Source: Prorocentrum cordatum (taxonomy: Eukaryota). Taken from it: 64,000 nucleotides of DNA. Of the stretch, positions 1-12,169 are shown piece after piece. The number at the start of each line of letters is the position of its first letter. The first letter of the stretch is position 1. The DNA lies in assembly GCA_963575745.1 (NCBI GenBank), contig CAUYUJ010000291.1:1-64000 (forward strand). Reading direction: 5' to 3'. The translations under genes and the position numbers were made by a program. A model generated the notes under the pieces. That model was not told where the DNA came from. It made no database searches and saw only the letters and a list, made by a program, of their open reading frames with translations.

Positions 1-3000
1 CCAAGAACACAGCCCAGAGGCCTGGGAATGTCGTGGGGGGGGTGGTGGCCAGGTGTGGGCCAGGTGGAGGGTATGGGTTGTTGTGGGGCGACAAATCGTA
101 GAGTCCGGGGTCCCAAGAACAGAGCCCAGAGGCCTGGGGATGTCGTGGGGGGGTGCTGGCCAGGTGGGGGCCAGGTGGGGGGTATGGGTCGTTTTTGGGA
201 GAGCAATCGTAGGGTTGGGGGTCCCAAGAACAGAGCCCAGAGGCCTGGGGATGTCGTGGGGGGGTGGTGGCCAGGTAAGGGCCAGGTGGGGCGAAGGGGT
301 TTTTGGGCGAGAAATCGTAAAGTCGGGGGTTCCCAGAACACAGCCACGAGGCTTGGGGATGTCGTGGGGGGGTGGTGGCCAGGTGGGGGCCAGGTGGAGG
401 GTATGGGTTGTTTTGGGGCGACAAATCGTAGGGTCCGGGGTTCCAAGAACAGAGCCCAGAGGCCTGGGGATGTCGTGGGGTGGTGGTGGCTAGGTGTGGG
501 CCAGGTGGGGGGTATGGGTCGTTTTTGGCGCGAGAAATCGTAGCGTCGGGGGTCGTAAGAACAGAGGCCAGAGGCCGGGGGATGTCGTGGGGGGGTGGTG
601 GCCAGGTGGGGGCCAGGTGGGAGGTATGGGTCGTTTTTGGACGAGGAATCGTAAGGTCGGGTGTCCCAAGAACACAGCCCAGAGACCTGGGGATGTCGTG
701 GAGGTGGTGGCCAGGTGGGGGCCAGGTGGGGGGTATGGGTTGTTTTGAGGCGACAAATCGTAGGGTCCGATGTCCCAAAAAGAGAGCCCAGAGGACTGAG
801 AATGTCGTGGGGTGGTGGTGGCCAGGTGGGGGCCAAGTGGCGGGTATGCGTCGTTTTTGGGCGAGAAATCGTAGGGTCGGAGGTCCCAAGAACACAGCCC
901 AGAGACTTGGGGATGTCGTGGGGGGGTGGTGGCCAGGTGGGGGCCAGGTGGGCGGTATGGGTTGTTTTTGGGGCGACAAATCGTAGGGTTCGGGGTCCCA
1001 AGAACACAGCCCAGAGGCCTGGGGATGTCGTGGGGGGGGTGGTGGCCAGGTGGAGGCCAAGTGGGCCGTATGGGTTGTTTTGGGGCGACAAATCGTAGGG
1101 TTCGGGGTCCCAAGAACAGAGCCCAGACGCCTCGGGATGTCGTGGGGGAGTGGTGGCCAGGTGGGGGCCAGGTGGGGGGTATGGGTCGTTTTTGGCCGAG
1201 AAAATCGTGGGCCGGGGGTCCCAAGAACAGACCCAGAGGCCTGCGGGAGTCGTGGGGGGGTGTGTGGCCCAGGTGGTGGCCAGTGGGGGGTATGGTTGTT
1301 TTTTGGGCGAAGAAATCGTAAGGTCGGGGGGTCCCAGAACACAGCCCAAGGCCTGGTAGTTGTGGGGCGACAAACGTAGGGTCCGGGGTCTCCAAGAACA
1401 GAGCCAGAGGCCTGGGATGCGGGGGGGGGTTGCTGGCCAGGTGCGAGCCAGGGGGGGGTAGGGGTCGATTTGAAAAGAGGAAATCGTAGGGGGGGGTTCG
1501 GGGGTTCGGGTCCAAAGAACAGAGCCCAGAGTGCCTGGGTATGTCGTGGGGGGGTGGTGGCCAGGTAAGGCAGGTGGCCGGGGATGGTGGGGTATGGGTT
1601 GTTTTGGGGCGACAAATCGTTGGGTCGGTAGTCCCAAGAACACAGCCCAGAGGCCTGGAGATGTCGTGGGGAGCGGTGGTGGCCGGGTGGGGGCCAGGTG
1701 GGAGGTATGGGTCGTTCTTGGGCGAGAAATCGTAGGGTCGGGGGTCCCAAGAACAGAGCCCAGAGACCTGGGGATGTCGTGGGGGGGTGGTGGCCAGGTG
1801 GGGGCCAGTGGAGATAGGGGTCCGTATTTTTGGGCGAGAAATCGTAAGGTAGGGGGGTCCCAAGAACACAGCCAGAGCGCCTGGGGCTGTCGTGGGGAGT
1901 GGTGCCGTGTGGGGGCGCCAGGGTGGGGGAGGTTGATGGGGGCGACAAATTCGTAAGGTCCGAAGTCGAAAAGAGAGCCAGAAGGCATGCGGATGTCCCG
2001 TTGGGGGGGTGGTGGCCGTGTGGGGGCCAGGTGGGGGGTATGTGTTGTTTGGGGGCGACAAATCGTAAGGTCCGAAGTCTGAAAAAGAGAGCCCAGAGGC
2101 CTGAGGATGTCGTGGGGGGGTGGTGGCCAGGTGGGGGCCAGGTGGGGGGTATGGGTAGTTTTTGGGCGAGAAATCGTAGGGTCGGGGGTCCCAAGAACAG
2201 AGCCCAGAGGCGTGGGGATGTCGTGGGGGGGGGGGGGGGGGGGCGGCAGTGCAGGTGAGGGCCAGGTGGGCGGTATGGGTTGTTTTGGGGCGACAAATCG
2301 TAGAGTCCGGGGTCCGAAGAACAGAGCCCAGAGGCCTGGGGATGTCGTGGGGGGGTGGTGGCCAGGTGGGGGCCAGGTGGGGGGTATGGGTCGTTTTCGG
2401 GCGAGAAATCGTCGAGTCGGGGGTGCCAAGAATAGAGCCCAGAGGCCTGGGGATGTCGTGGGGGGGGTGGTGGCCAGGTGAGAGCCAGGTGGGGGGGGTG
2501 GGAGGTTTTTGGGCGAGAAATCGTAAGGTCGGGGGTCCCAAGAACACAGCCCAGAGGCCTGGGGATGTCGTGGGGGGGTGGTGGCCAGGTGGGGGCCAGG
2601 TGGGGGGTATGGGTTGTTTTGGGGCGACAAATCGTTGGGTCGGGGGTCCCAAGAACACAGCCCAGAGGCCTGGGGATGTCGTGGGGAGCGGTGGTGGCCG
2701 GGTGGGGGCCAGGTGGGAGGTATGGGTCGTTCTTGGGCGAGAAATCGTAGGGTCGGGGGTCCCAAGAACAGAGCCCAGAGAACTGGGGATGTCGTGGGGT
2801 GGTGGTGGCCAGGTGGGGGCCAGGTGGGGGGTATGGGTCGTTTTTGGGCGAGAAATCGTAAGGTCGGGGGTCCCAAGAACACAGCCCAGAGGCCTGGGGA
2901 TGTCGTGGGGGGGTGGTGGCCAGGTGTGGGCCAGGTGGGGGGTATGGGTTGTTTTGGGGCGACAAATCGTAGAGTCCGGGGTCCCAAGAACAGAGCCCAG

Positions 3001-4690
3001 AGGCCTGGGGATGTCGTGGGGGGGTGCTGGCCAGGTGGGGGCCACGTGAGGGGTATGGGTCGATTTGGGAGAGAAATCGTAGGGTCGGGGATCCCAAGAA
3101 CAGAGCCCAGAGGCCTGGGGATGTCGTGGGGGGGGGGGGGCAGGTAAGGGCCAGGTGGCGGGGATGGGTCGTTTTTGGGCGAGAAATCGTCTTAGGGGGG
3201 GGGGTCCGGGGCAGGGTCCCAAGAAAACAAGAGCCCAGATGCCGCTGGGGATGTCCGGGGGGGGTGCTGCCGGTGGGGGCCCAGGTGGGGGGTATGGGTC
3301 GTGTTTAGGGAGAGAAATCGTAAGGTCGGGGTCCCAAGAAACAGAGCCCAGAGGCTGGGATGTCGTGGGGGGCACAGGTGATGGCCAGGTGTGGGCCAGG
3401 TAGGGGGGGTAGGGTGTTTTGGGGCGACAAATCGTAGGGTCCGGGGTCCCAAGAACAGAGCCCAGAGGCCTGGGGATGTCGTGGGGTGGTGGTGGCCAGG
3501 TGGGGGCGAGGTGGGGGGTATGGGTTGTTTTGTGGCGACAAATCGTAGGGTCCGGGGTTCCAAGAACAGAGCCCAGAGGCCTGGGGATGTCGTGGGGGGG
3601 TGGTGGCTAGGTGTGGGCCAGGTTGGGGGTATGGGTCGTTTTTGGCGCGAGAAAACGTAGGGTCGGGGGTCCCAAGAACAGAGCCCAGAGGCCTGGGGAT
3701 GTCGTGAGGAGGTGGTGGCCAGGTGGGGACCAGGCGGGGGGTATGGGTCGTTTTTGGGCGACAAATCGTAGGGCCCGGGGGTCCCAAGAACACAGCCCAG
3801 AGGCCTGGGGATGTCGTGGGGGGGTGGTGGCCAGGTGTGGGCCAGGTGGGGGGCAGGTGAGGGGCGTTGGTCGTTTTTGAGCGAGAAGTCGTGGGGTTGG
3901 GGGTCCCAAGAACAGAGCCCAGAGGCCTGGGGGGGAGGGGGGCGTTGGTCGTTTTTGGGCGAGAAATCGTGGGGTCGGGGGTCCCAAGAACAGAGCCCAG
4001 AGGCTTGGGGGTGTCGGGGCCAGGTGGGGGCCAGGTGGGGGGCGTTGGTCGTTATCGGGCGAGAAATCGTGGCGTCAAGGGTCCCAAGAACAGAGCTCAG
4101 AGGCCTGGGAGTGTCGGGGCCAGGTGGGGGCCAGGTGAGGGGGGGGGGGTGGCGTTGGTCGTTTTTGAGCGAGAACTCGTGGGGTCGGGGTTCCGAAGAA
4201 CAGAGCCCAGAGGCTTGGGAGTGTCGGGGCCAGGTTGGGCCAGGTGCGGGGCCTTGGTCGTTGTTGAGCGAGAAATCGTGGGGTCGGGGACCCCAAGAAC
4301 AGAGCCCAGAGGCTTGGGGGTGTCGGGGCCAGGTGGGAACCAGGTGGGGGGCGTTGGTCGTTTTTGGGCGAGAAATCGTGGGGTGGGGGAGTCCCAAGAA
4401 CAGAGCCCAGAGCCTTGGGGGTGTCGGGGCCAGGTGGAGGGGGGGGGGGACGTTGGTCGTTTTTGGGCGAGAAATCGTGGGGTCGGAGGTTCCAAGAACA
4501 GAGCCCAGAGGCTTGAGGGTGTCGGGGCCAGGTGGGGGCCGGGTGGGGGGAGGAGGGGGGCGTGGGTCGTGTTTGGGCGAGACATCGTGGGTTCGGGGGT
4601 CGGGGGCGTGGTGGGGAGTGTGGTTGGGGGTATCGGTCGGTTTTGGGCGAGAAGTGGTGTGGTGGGGGAAGGGGGGGCCCAAGAACAAAG
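1..4690. repeat. Tandem satellite, ~111-bp G-rich unit, shifting to a shorter ~90-100-bp variant after ~3850
   Basis: CCAAGAACAGAGCCCAGAGGCCTGGGGATGTCGTGGGG recurs about every 111 bp; two subtypes (GCGACAAATCGT / GCGAGAAATCGT). Confidence 0.97.
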
Positions 4691-4782
4691 GTTCCAAGGG
4701 AGAGAGCCAGGAGGGGGGTATCGGTCGGTGGCTCCTTGAAAGGAGAACCTCACGATGAATGGCTCTAGCACACACTCTCCCT

Positions 4783-4807
4783 CACACGCCTCTGGGGTCG
4801 GCGGATT
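4783..4807 (-). mobile_element. Hairpin-type terminus of a putative non-autonomous rolling-circle-like element closing the 1-4690 array
   Basis: CACACGCCTCTGGGGTCGGCGGATT resembles CACACGCCGACAGGGTCGGCGGATT at ~11492-11516, 43612-43636 (reverse complement) and 44890-44914. Confidence 0.55.
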
Positions 4808-4847
4808 AGTATGAAATCAGAGAAAAAAACCAATCAGAATTTTGGGG

Positions 4848-5386
4848 GGGCTATGGGGCTTTAGGGCTTTAGGGCTATGGGGCTATAGGGCTATAAGGCG
4901 ATGTGGCCATAGGGATATAGGGCTAGAAGCCTTTAGGGCTATGGGGCTATAGGGCTACAGGGCTATAGGGCTATAGGGCTAAGGGCTATAAGGCTATTCG
5001 GGCTATAGGGCTATAGGGCTATATACGGCTATAGGGCTTTAGGACCATAGGGCTATAGGCTATAGGGCTATAGGGCTATAGGGCTATAGGGCTATGGGGC
5101 TATGGGGCTATGGGCTATTGGGCTATTGGGCTATAGGGCTATCGGAGGTGAGGGGGTGAGATCGAAGTGGAAAGACGAGCCCCCCACCGGGAAATCGGTT
5201 CGGTTTAGTGTTTCGTGCGTGCCGTGCGTGCGAGGCGAAGCTGCGTGGGCGGGCGAGAAAAAGTCTCCTGTGGCTGAGGCGCGGCCGGACCAAATGTTTC
5301 TCATCCGGGGCGCGGGGCCCCGCGGTGTCCCGCCGGTGTCCCGCGGTGTCCCGCGGTGTCCCGCCGGTGTCCCGCGGTGTCCCGCG

Positions 5387-5432
<46 letters not shown>

Positions 5433-6074
5433 GATGATGATGATGGTGTCCCGATGAAGATGATGATGATGTTGATGATGGTGTCGGTGATGATGATAGT
5501 GTCCCGATGATGAGGATGATGCTCATGATGATTATGTTGATGATGATGACGATGATGGTGTCCCGATGATGATGATGACGATGATGTTTCCGATGATGTT
5601 GGTGATGATGATGTTGATGGAAATGGTGTCCCAGCGATAATGATGTTGATGATGATGTTGATGATGATTATGGTGTCCCGATGATGATGTTGATGATGAT
5701 GGTGATGATGATGATGGTGATGCTGATGGTGTCCCGATAATGATGATAATGATAATGACGATGTCGATGATGATGTTGCTCATGATGATGATGGTGCCCC
5801 AATGGTGATGATGTTGTTGATGATGATGATGTCGATGATGATGATGCGGTGATCATGATGATCATGGTGTCCCGAAGATGATGACGATGTTTATGATAAT
5901 GTTGATGATGAGAACGATGGTGATCATGATGGTGTCCCAGTTATGATGATGATTCTGATGATGCTGCTGATGATGATGACGATGACTGTGTCCCGATGAT
6001 GAGATGATGATGGTGATGGTGATGATGATGATGATGTTGTCCCGATGATGATGCTGACGTTGATGACGATGTTT

Positions 6075-6114
<40 letters not shown>

Positions 6115-6560
6115 CGGTGCCCTCATGATGATGACGATGTTGGTGATTATGTTGATGTTGATGATGTTGTTGATGATGATGATGATGGTGACGTTGATTG
6201 TGAGAGCGATTGTGATATCGATAGTGAGATCGAGATTGAGACCGAATGTGAGATCGATTGTGTGATCGATTGTGAAATGGATTGTGAGATCAATTGTGAG
6301 ATCGATCGAATGAGATATACCGAGTGAGACCGATTGTGAGATCGATCGAGTGAGATCGATCGAGCGGGACCGATAGTGATATCGATACTGAGATCGATAG
6401 TGAGACCGATCGAGTGAGACGGTGGTTCCCCCCTCCGAACCTCCTTATCACCCGAAGGGTGGTCGTATAGGTACGGCTATAGGGCTGTAGGGTTATAGTG
6501 CTATAGGGATATTTGGCGATTGGGCTATTGGGCTATGGGGATATAGGGCTATTGGGCTAG
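4848..6560. repeat. (GGGCTATAG)-type minisatellite split in two (4848-5141, 6474-6560) by an insertion
   Basis: Same 8-9-bp unit on both sides of 5142-6471. Confidence 0.9.
5142..6471 (+). mobile_element. Non-autonomous Helitron2/Helentron-like element carrying (CGCGGTGTCC)n, (GAT)n and (GATCGATTGTGA)n arrays
   Basis: Interrupts a minisatellite at an A|T site; starts TC; terminal TCGGAGG (5142-5148) pairs with subterminal CCTCCGA (6432-6438); hairpin ATCACCC-GAA-GGGTGGT (6447-6463); no TSD. Confidence 0.6.
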
Positions 6561-7538
6561 GCACTCCCGGGCACTTCTGGGCACCCCGGGCACCCGGGCA
6601 CCCCTGGGCACCCGGGCACCCCCGGGCACCCGGGCACCGGGCCCCGGCCACAGAAATCGGCCGCCCACCTCACTTCAGCTTTATATCCGCTAGGACCCCT
6701 ACAGAGGCAAGCTCTGATTGGGGAATTATTACTATTTCTGGGCATTTGGGGCAGTATTTTGGTGGATTGTTTTACCCAAAATCCCCCAGTACAGGGACAG
6801 GCCCGACCTAATCGTCGCTCTCGCCGCGGCGCTCCTCGCGCTGGTCGCGGCCACGCGCGCGTTGCGGCAGCAGGCCGCCTCTGCGCGCGTCCTGGGGACG
6901 ACGGCGCGCAGAACCTCGTCGTCGTCGTCGTCGTCGACGGCGGCGGCGGCGGCGGTTGCGGCGGCGACGTTACGTTATGATCATATAATCCTTTTACAAC
7001 AACCCAACCATAAGCAGTTTCGAGTATCGCGGGGCAGTTGAAACGCAGGATGGAGCCATCAAAACGGCTGCGGCGTTGATCGGGAGAGGAAAGCTGGTTG
7101 AGCTCGTGGGGGAATGCATTGTTTGGCGCGAGCCCCGTTCGCCGCCATTTCGTGCCCGCTTCCTTCCCAGCTCTTTTCTCCACTCCTTTTCAGTGCGCAG
7201 AGTTGCGTTCCTGCCCGCATGGCCCGCGTTGGCCCGAGCCCCAGGTCCCGCCGTGTCGTATCCATTTCCTCCTTGCGCCCTGGCGGCCGCGGCTCTGGGC
7301 ACCGCGCGCTGCGGAGTCCCCGCGACGCGCGCCAGTCGCTCCGAAGTAGTCCCGGCGACGCGCGGCGCAGAGCAAAGAACGCGGATGGCTGACAACGGGC
7401 AAAGCTCTGGGCAGAGCGCGTGGGCCCAGAGAGCTCGGAGGCAGAGCGCAGAGGACTCGAAAGGGAACTGGGGCAAAGGCGAAAGATGACGAGAGTTCGT
7501 CCGCGGCCGTTTGTGTTCAAGCGGCCGGCCGCCAAGAT

Positions 7539-9813
7539 ATGACTGCGGCTCATCGCGAGGCACGCCACTTGCCATCGAGACCGAAAACATATTCGATTGA
7601 GATGGCTCGTCGCTCCCGCGACAATGTCCTACTTCTGGGATTCTGGTTACTACGGTACAACAGAGTTGGATATGGGCTTCGCCTGAGGCGAAGCTGCTGG
7701 TTGGGTCTCCCAACCCCCTTCAAACTTGATAGCGGGGCCGACCTATGGTGGCCAGCTCTTGGTCTACTCCTCACCATCCACGGCAGTATCTGGTGGACTA
7801 CTGACATGATGGAACATCAGGATGCAGTGGGTTTGCGCGGAGGAATGTATATAACTACGCACAACCGCAAGGACACTTGCAGCGCAACCTCCGATTTCGC
7901 AGAGGCCTCTTACATGAGTCCGACTTCCCTGCGCTACTACACTCTTGAAGTCCACCCTCCTGTTCCATTTGGGCAGTTTTTCGAAGATGCCATGCATGGC
8001 AACATGCGATACGACATTGTGCCGCCTCCAACCCCACGCAGGCTCACGACAACACACCACAGCCACCAGCCACGAATGTCCGACCACGACCTACGGGGCC
8101 ACTGGATTGGTATTACCATCTTTGGCCTCCTGTGGGTCTCTATCGGGCGTGCTGCGGGACACATGCAGCGTGGTGGAGACGACGCAAGAACAACCGGCCC
8201 CCATTAGGACCTTGCCTGTAATGTACCTCTCCGTGAATTCGTTCGAGAGGCACACGCCTGGATCAACGTGACCAAAGGCGCCATGACCCCCCCCCAAAAA
8301 GGCCGCGGCACTACAGCGCGGTTTGGGAGGGCTCGCGCGGACCGTGGCCAGGAAAGTACCCCCGCAGTTATCAATTTTGGCGTTAATATTGATGGCCGCT
8401 ACACCGATGGCGTCACCTACATCACCTTCCCCCTCGGCACGAAGTTTGAAAATCTAGAGGAAGAGCGCCAACTCAACTCGGGGACGGCTCTCATCGACTT
8501 CCGAGCCCACGCGGGAGAACGGATCGACCAGACGTTAGCACGCTTCGAGAAAGCCCGCTACGAGGCTGAGACCGCAGGTTTAAACGTCCCCGATTTCCCA
8601 ATCCCAACAGTCATCCTGTTCAGGGCTCTGGGAGTGGGGGCGTCGCGTGCGCAACAACTTCTACAGCCACTCAACCACCCAATGCCGAGGGCCCAGCAAC
8701 AATTTGATTGCCCCTTGGAACGCACGGGGTCATGCGCTCACATCGCTGAGCGAACTCCAGGCAATACTGGTGGTATATTTAGCCGCGGTCGCCGCGCCGA
8801 AACCTTTCATGCTGAGACCAATGCAGGGCAGAATGCTACAAATGTCTCGAACCTTGATCCAAAACCAACAGAAGCCACCACCTCTATTAGCCCAACATGG
8901 TGGCCGGCCCACTGGGTCGCAAGACTCCTGGGTTCGATATCGGGGGCCGTCGGCGGCAGCGGCCCCTGTCCAAGCAACTATCCTTGTAGGCTCAGCGGGG
9001 CACGCCGCCGAGTCTGACTTTGACGGTGGAACAGGCACCGACGCGTCATCCGATGACGGAGCTGGTGCCCTAGAATATTCCGACATGCTTACGTATCGCA
9101 TAGAAGAGCAACAGGCGCAATGGTTATTTTTATGATATCAGAAGCACAAACGATGTTGGAGGCTTAGTGCAGGAACCAGTTCGTGAGATACGACGCACTA
9201 TCCGACGGGCTTTCCGAGCAAAGGGCGAGGGTCGAGGCAGGAGTAAAGGCCAACGACGGCGATTACATGGCAGAGGTATGTTGGCATTCTTGACATCCCT
9301 TACTGCTCTACAATATGAAGAATTATTTCTGGGGACAGGTCGAGGCCGTAGGCATACCTCGGGAAAGGGCAAGGGACCTCGTGGCAACCCGAAAGATGCC
9401 AACGGCAAACCATGGAATGTGATATCTGTCATAGCACACAACATTTCCGTCGTCAACGCCCCCAGGGCGATGGGAGAATCAGGGGTCCGTCGATGCATTT
9501 GGCTCAGGCCGATTCGGACATGCAGTATGTCGATTGGGAATCGCTATTAGCCGAACCCGAAGACACCCCCACTGCCGTTGTCCATTTCATGGCCGCCAGG
9601 CATCTAAGTGCCAGCCTGTCGAGCTTCGAGGAGATCTACGCTGGCCACGATGAGATCAACCTGGCGGACTGGTTGGGCACGCCCATCGCGGGGCAACCTG
9701 CGCAGATCGAGTTCGTCGAGGATTTCCACGTGCCCGCCGAGGTAGACTTCGACGTGGCGGGGGCGCCCGCGGATTCTGAAGCCGCTATTCCTGCGACAGA
9801 AGAGGAGATATGA
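7539..9813 (+). pseudogene. Decayed gag-like region of an LTR (probably Copia-like) retrotransposon
   Basis: Frameshifted ORFs: DFRAHAGERIDQTLARFEKARYEA (gag-like), basic GKGKG tract, degenerate zinc knuckle CDICHSTQHFRRQR (CX2CX4HX4C with last C lost). No pol visible. Confidence 0.65.
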
Positions 9814-10761
9814 TTGATGCTCCATCCGCAGGTCATTGGCAAGCCGATAGACAGAGGACTATACGACGACGGCCCTCTGCGGGGAAGCCCGCGAAATGCC
9901 GGTGAACTTTCCCAGCGCGTCCAATGTGATGGCACCGCCAGGGCCCCCTGCGCTCGGGTCGCTGGTCGTCGGCCCGACGGGGCGGAACGCGGGGGCCCCC
10001 TGCCCCGCGCGCGCTTTCGCACCGCAGGCGGAAGGCGAAGGCGCGAAGGGGCCCGACGTCAAGAAAATGCCCTCGGTGGTCGACCCCGCGCGCGCGGTGC
10101 TCGCGCCTGGGCTGTGGTTTCGCCGGGCCCGCGCCCGCGGGCCGCCGCCTTCGTGAACGGCCTTGAAGCGGGCTGGCGCTTGGCGGGGTTCGGGGCCGCG
10201 ACGGGCACGAAGGAAATGCACGGCGCCGAGAACTTTTCCGTGGAGCAGCTGGAGTCCAGCATTGCCCGCTGCTGGCTCGAGTCGGGGGCCGAGGGCCACG
10301 ATGGGCAGGAGGTGGGCGACGCTGACCAGCGCGACATCGTCGAGCCGCGCTCCAGCGATCAAGGCGAGTACGCGCAGGTCGTCTTGCAGGGGCAGTCGAG
10401 GGGCGCCCCGAAGCCTGCTGCCGACTACCTGGCGAGGCTCGGACAATACGTCGAGTCGATCGCGCATCTCGCTCGGTACGGGGCGGCGGCGATCTCGGGC
10501 GACATGGGGGCTAAGGGGCATGGGGCGCTCTTGGAACGAATGGAGTACGAGGGCGAGGCGTTAAAGCTGCCTGACGCGCTGGGCGCGCGTGGCGATGGCA
10601 GCTCAGCGGGCATCGGGTTCGCAGAAGTCGACGAGGAGACCGCGCCGCAGGCGCCCGTCGAAGTGAAGGAGCTGGTGGATTCCATTGAGCCGCTGAGGCA
10701 GCGCTGCATGAGCCGCAGGCTTGCGGTGTTGTGGCTGGCGCGGAAGGCGCAATGGCCCTAG
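9814..10761 (+). other. Coding-like GC-rich fragment of unknown identity, probably frameshifted
   Basis: Protein-like composition in the 3' two-thirds of the 315-aa ORF; no motif recognised. Confidence 0.25.
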
Positions 10762-10911
10762 CTCCCGTGAGTTGTGCTGCGGGCTAATGAGCGCAGCGTG
10801 CACGGTGCCCGCGGGGAGAATTCGCATGCACGCACGGGCCCCATAGGAGCCCTTGAAGAGTAACAAATGCCTTCGCCGTTTTCCCCCATCCCTCTCCCAA
10901 TATATCAAAGA

Positions 10912-11516
10912 ATGCTAAGGCTTTACCGCCAGTGCCGCCGACCCTGGATACATCGGCCCTCGAGGGTGACGGGATGCGTGATAAGACGTCGGAGGTACAT
11001 GAAGACGTGGCGGCGGAAGAGGAGGAGGAGGAGGAGGAGGGGGAGGGAAAGGGGGAGGAGGGGGGGGAGGAGGACGGGAGGAGGAGGAGGAGGAGGAGAG
11101 GAGGAGGAGGAGGAAAAAGGAGGAGGAAAAGAGGAGGGAGGGAGGAGGAGGAGGAGGAGGAGGAGGAGGGGGGAGAGGAGAGGAGGTAGGGAGGAGGAGG
11201 AGGGGAGTGAGGAGGAGAGGAGGAGGAGGAGGTAGGACGGAGGAGGGGGGGAGGGGGAAGGGGAGGGGAGGGGGCGAGGGAGGGATAGGGTCGCCCGGGG
11301 GGGATGCGTATCCTGCCCCCCGCCCACCCACCCACCCCCCCACCCCCCCCGATGGGGAGGGGAGGGAGTGGCGTCGCCACGACTACGATTTACTTTTGTT
11401 TCGTGTTCGATTTCCTCTTATTTCGGGCGACGACGACGACGACGACGACCACGGTGATCCACGCAAGACGACGACACCGGGATGCGTCTTCCACACGCCG
11501 ACAGGGTCGGCGGATT
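10912..11516 (-). mobile_element. Non-autonomous hairpin/asymmetric-IR element, same family as the insertion in the transposase genes; cargo (GAG)n/(GAC)n
   Basis: Left end AAGGCTTTACCGCCAGTGCCGCCGACCCTG matches AAGGCCTTACGGCGAGCGCCGCCGACCCTG of the 43612-43793 insert; right end CACACGCCGACAGGGTCGGCGGATT is identical. Confidence 0.7.
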
Positions 11517-11647
11517 TCGGGGAGTCAGGGTTTCTGGAGCGGCCGCATCTTCATCGTCATCATCGCCTGCATCAACACCCCGCTTCCCCACCCCCGTGGG
11601 TTCCCATTCCAGCCGCAGGGAGGGCGCGCCCTTTGCCGTGCCAGGCA

Positions 11648-11746
11648 GTGTGTGCGCGTGCGTGCGCGTGCGCGTGCGCGTGCGCGTGCGCGTGCGCGTG
11701 CGTGTGCCTCTGCGCGTGTGCGCGTGCGCGCGCGCGCGGAGCAGCG

Positions 11747-11831
<85 letters not shown>

Positions 11832-11920
11832 TGCGTGTGTGCGTGTGTGTGTGTGTGCTTGTGTGTGTTGTGTGTGCGTGCGTGCGTGCGTGCGTGCGTG
11901 TGTGTGTGCGTGTGTGTGCA
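11648..11920. repeat. (GCGTGC)n/(GT)n microsatellite
   Basis: Direct reading. Confidence 0.97.
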
Positions 11921-12169
11921 TGCTTTCTGTGGCACCTATCAGTTCCAGAGTGCTGGCGCTTCAATTCATTCGAGTCGAGCTTTATGTTCCTTGTTCGTTG
12001 GCCGCTGCACGTTGGTTTTACAGTATCTCGCTGTCGTTTGCACCAGCCATTCTGCACTGCAGTGGTGGACTTATCCTTCACTGTGCGTTCCGATTAAGTT
12101 CGTTCGCAATTAGTACTTAAATGTGCTGTCCACGCCTGAGGCTCCTCTGCGCCGCCGACATATTTAGTT

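Noticed and set aside
1..4775. Long ORFs (961 aa, 527 aa and others)
   Set aside because: By-products of a stop-poor GC-rich satellite.
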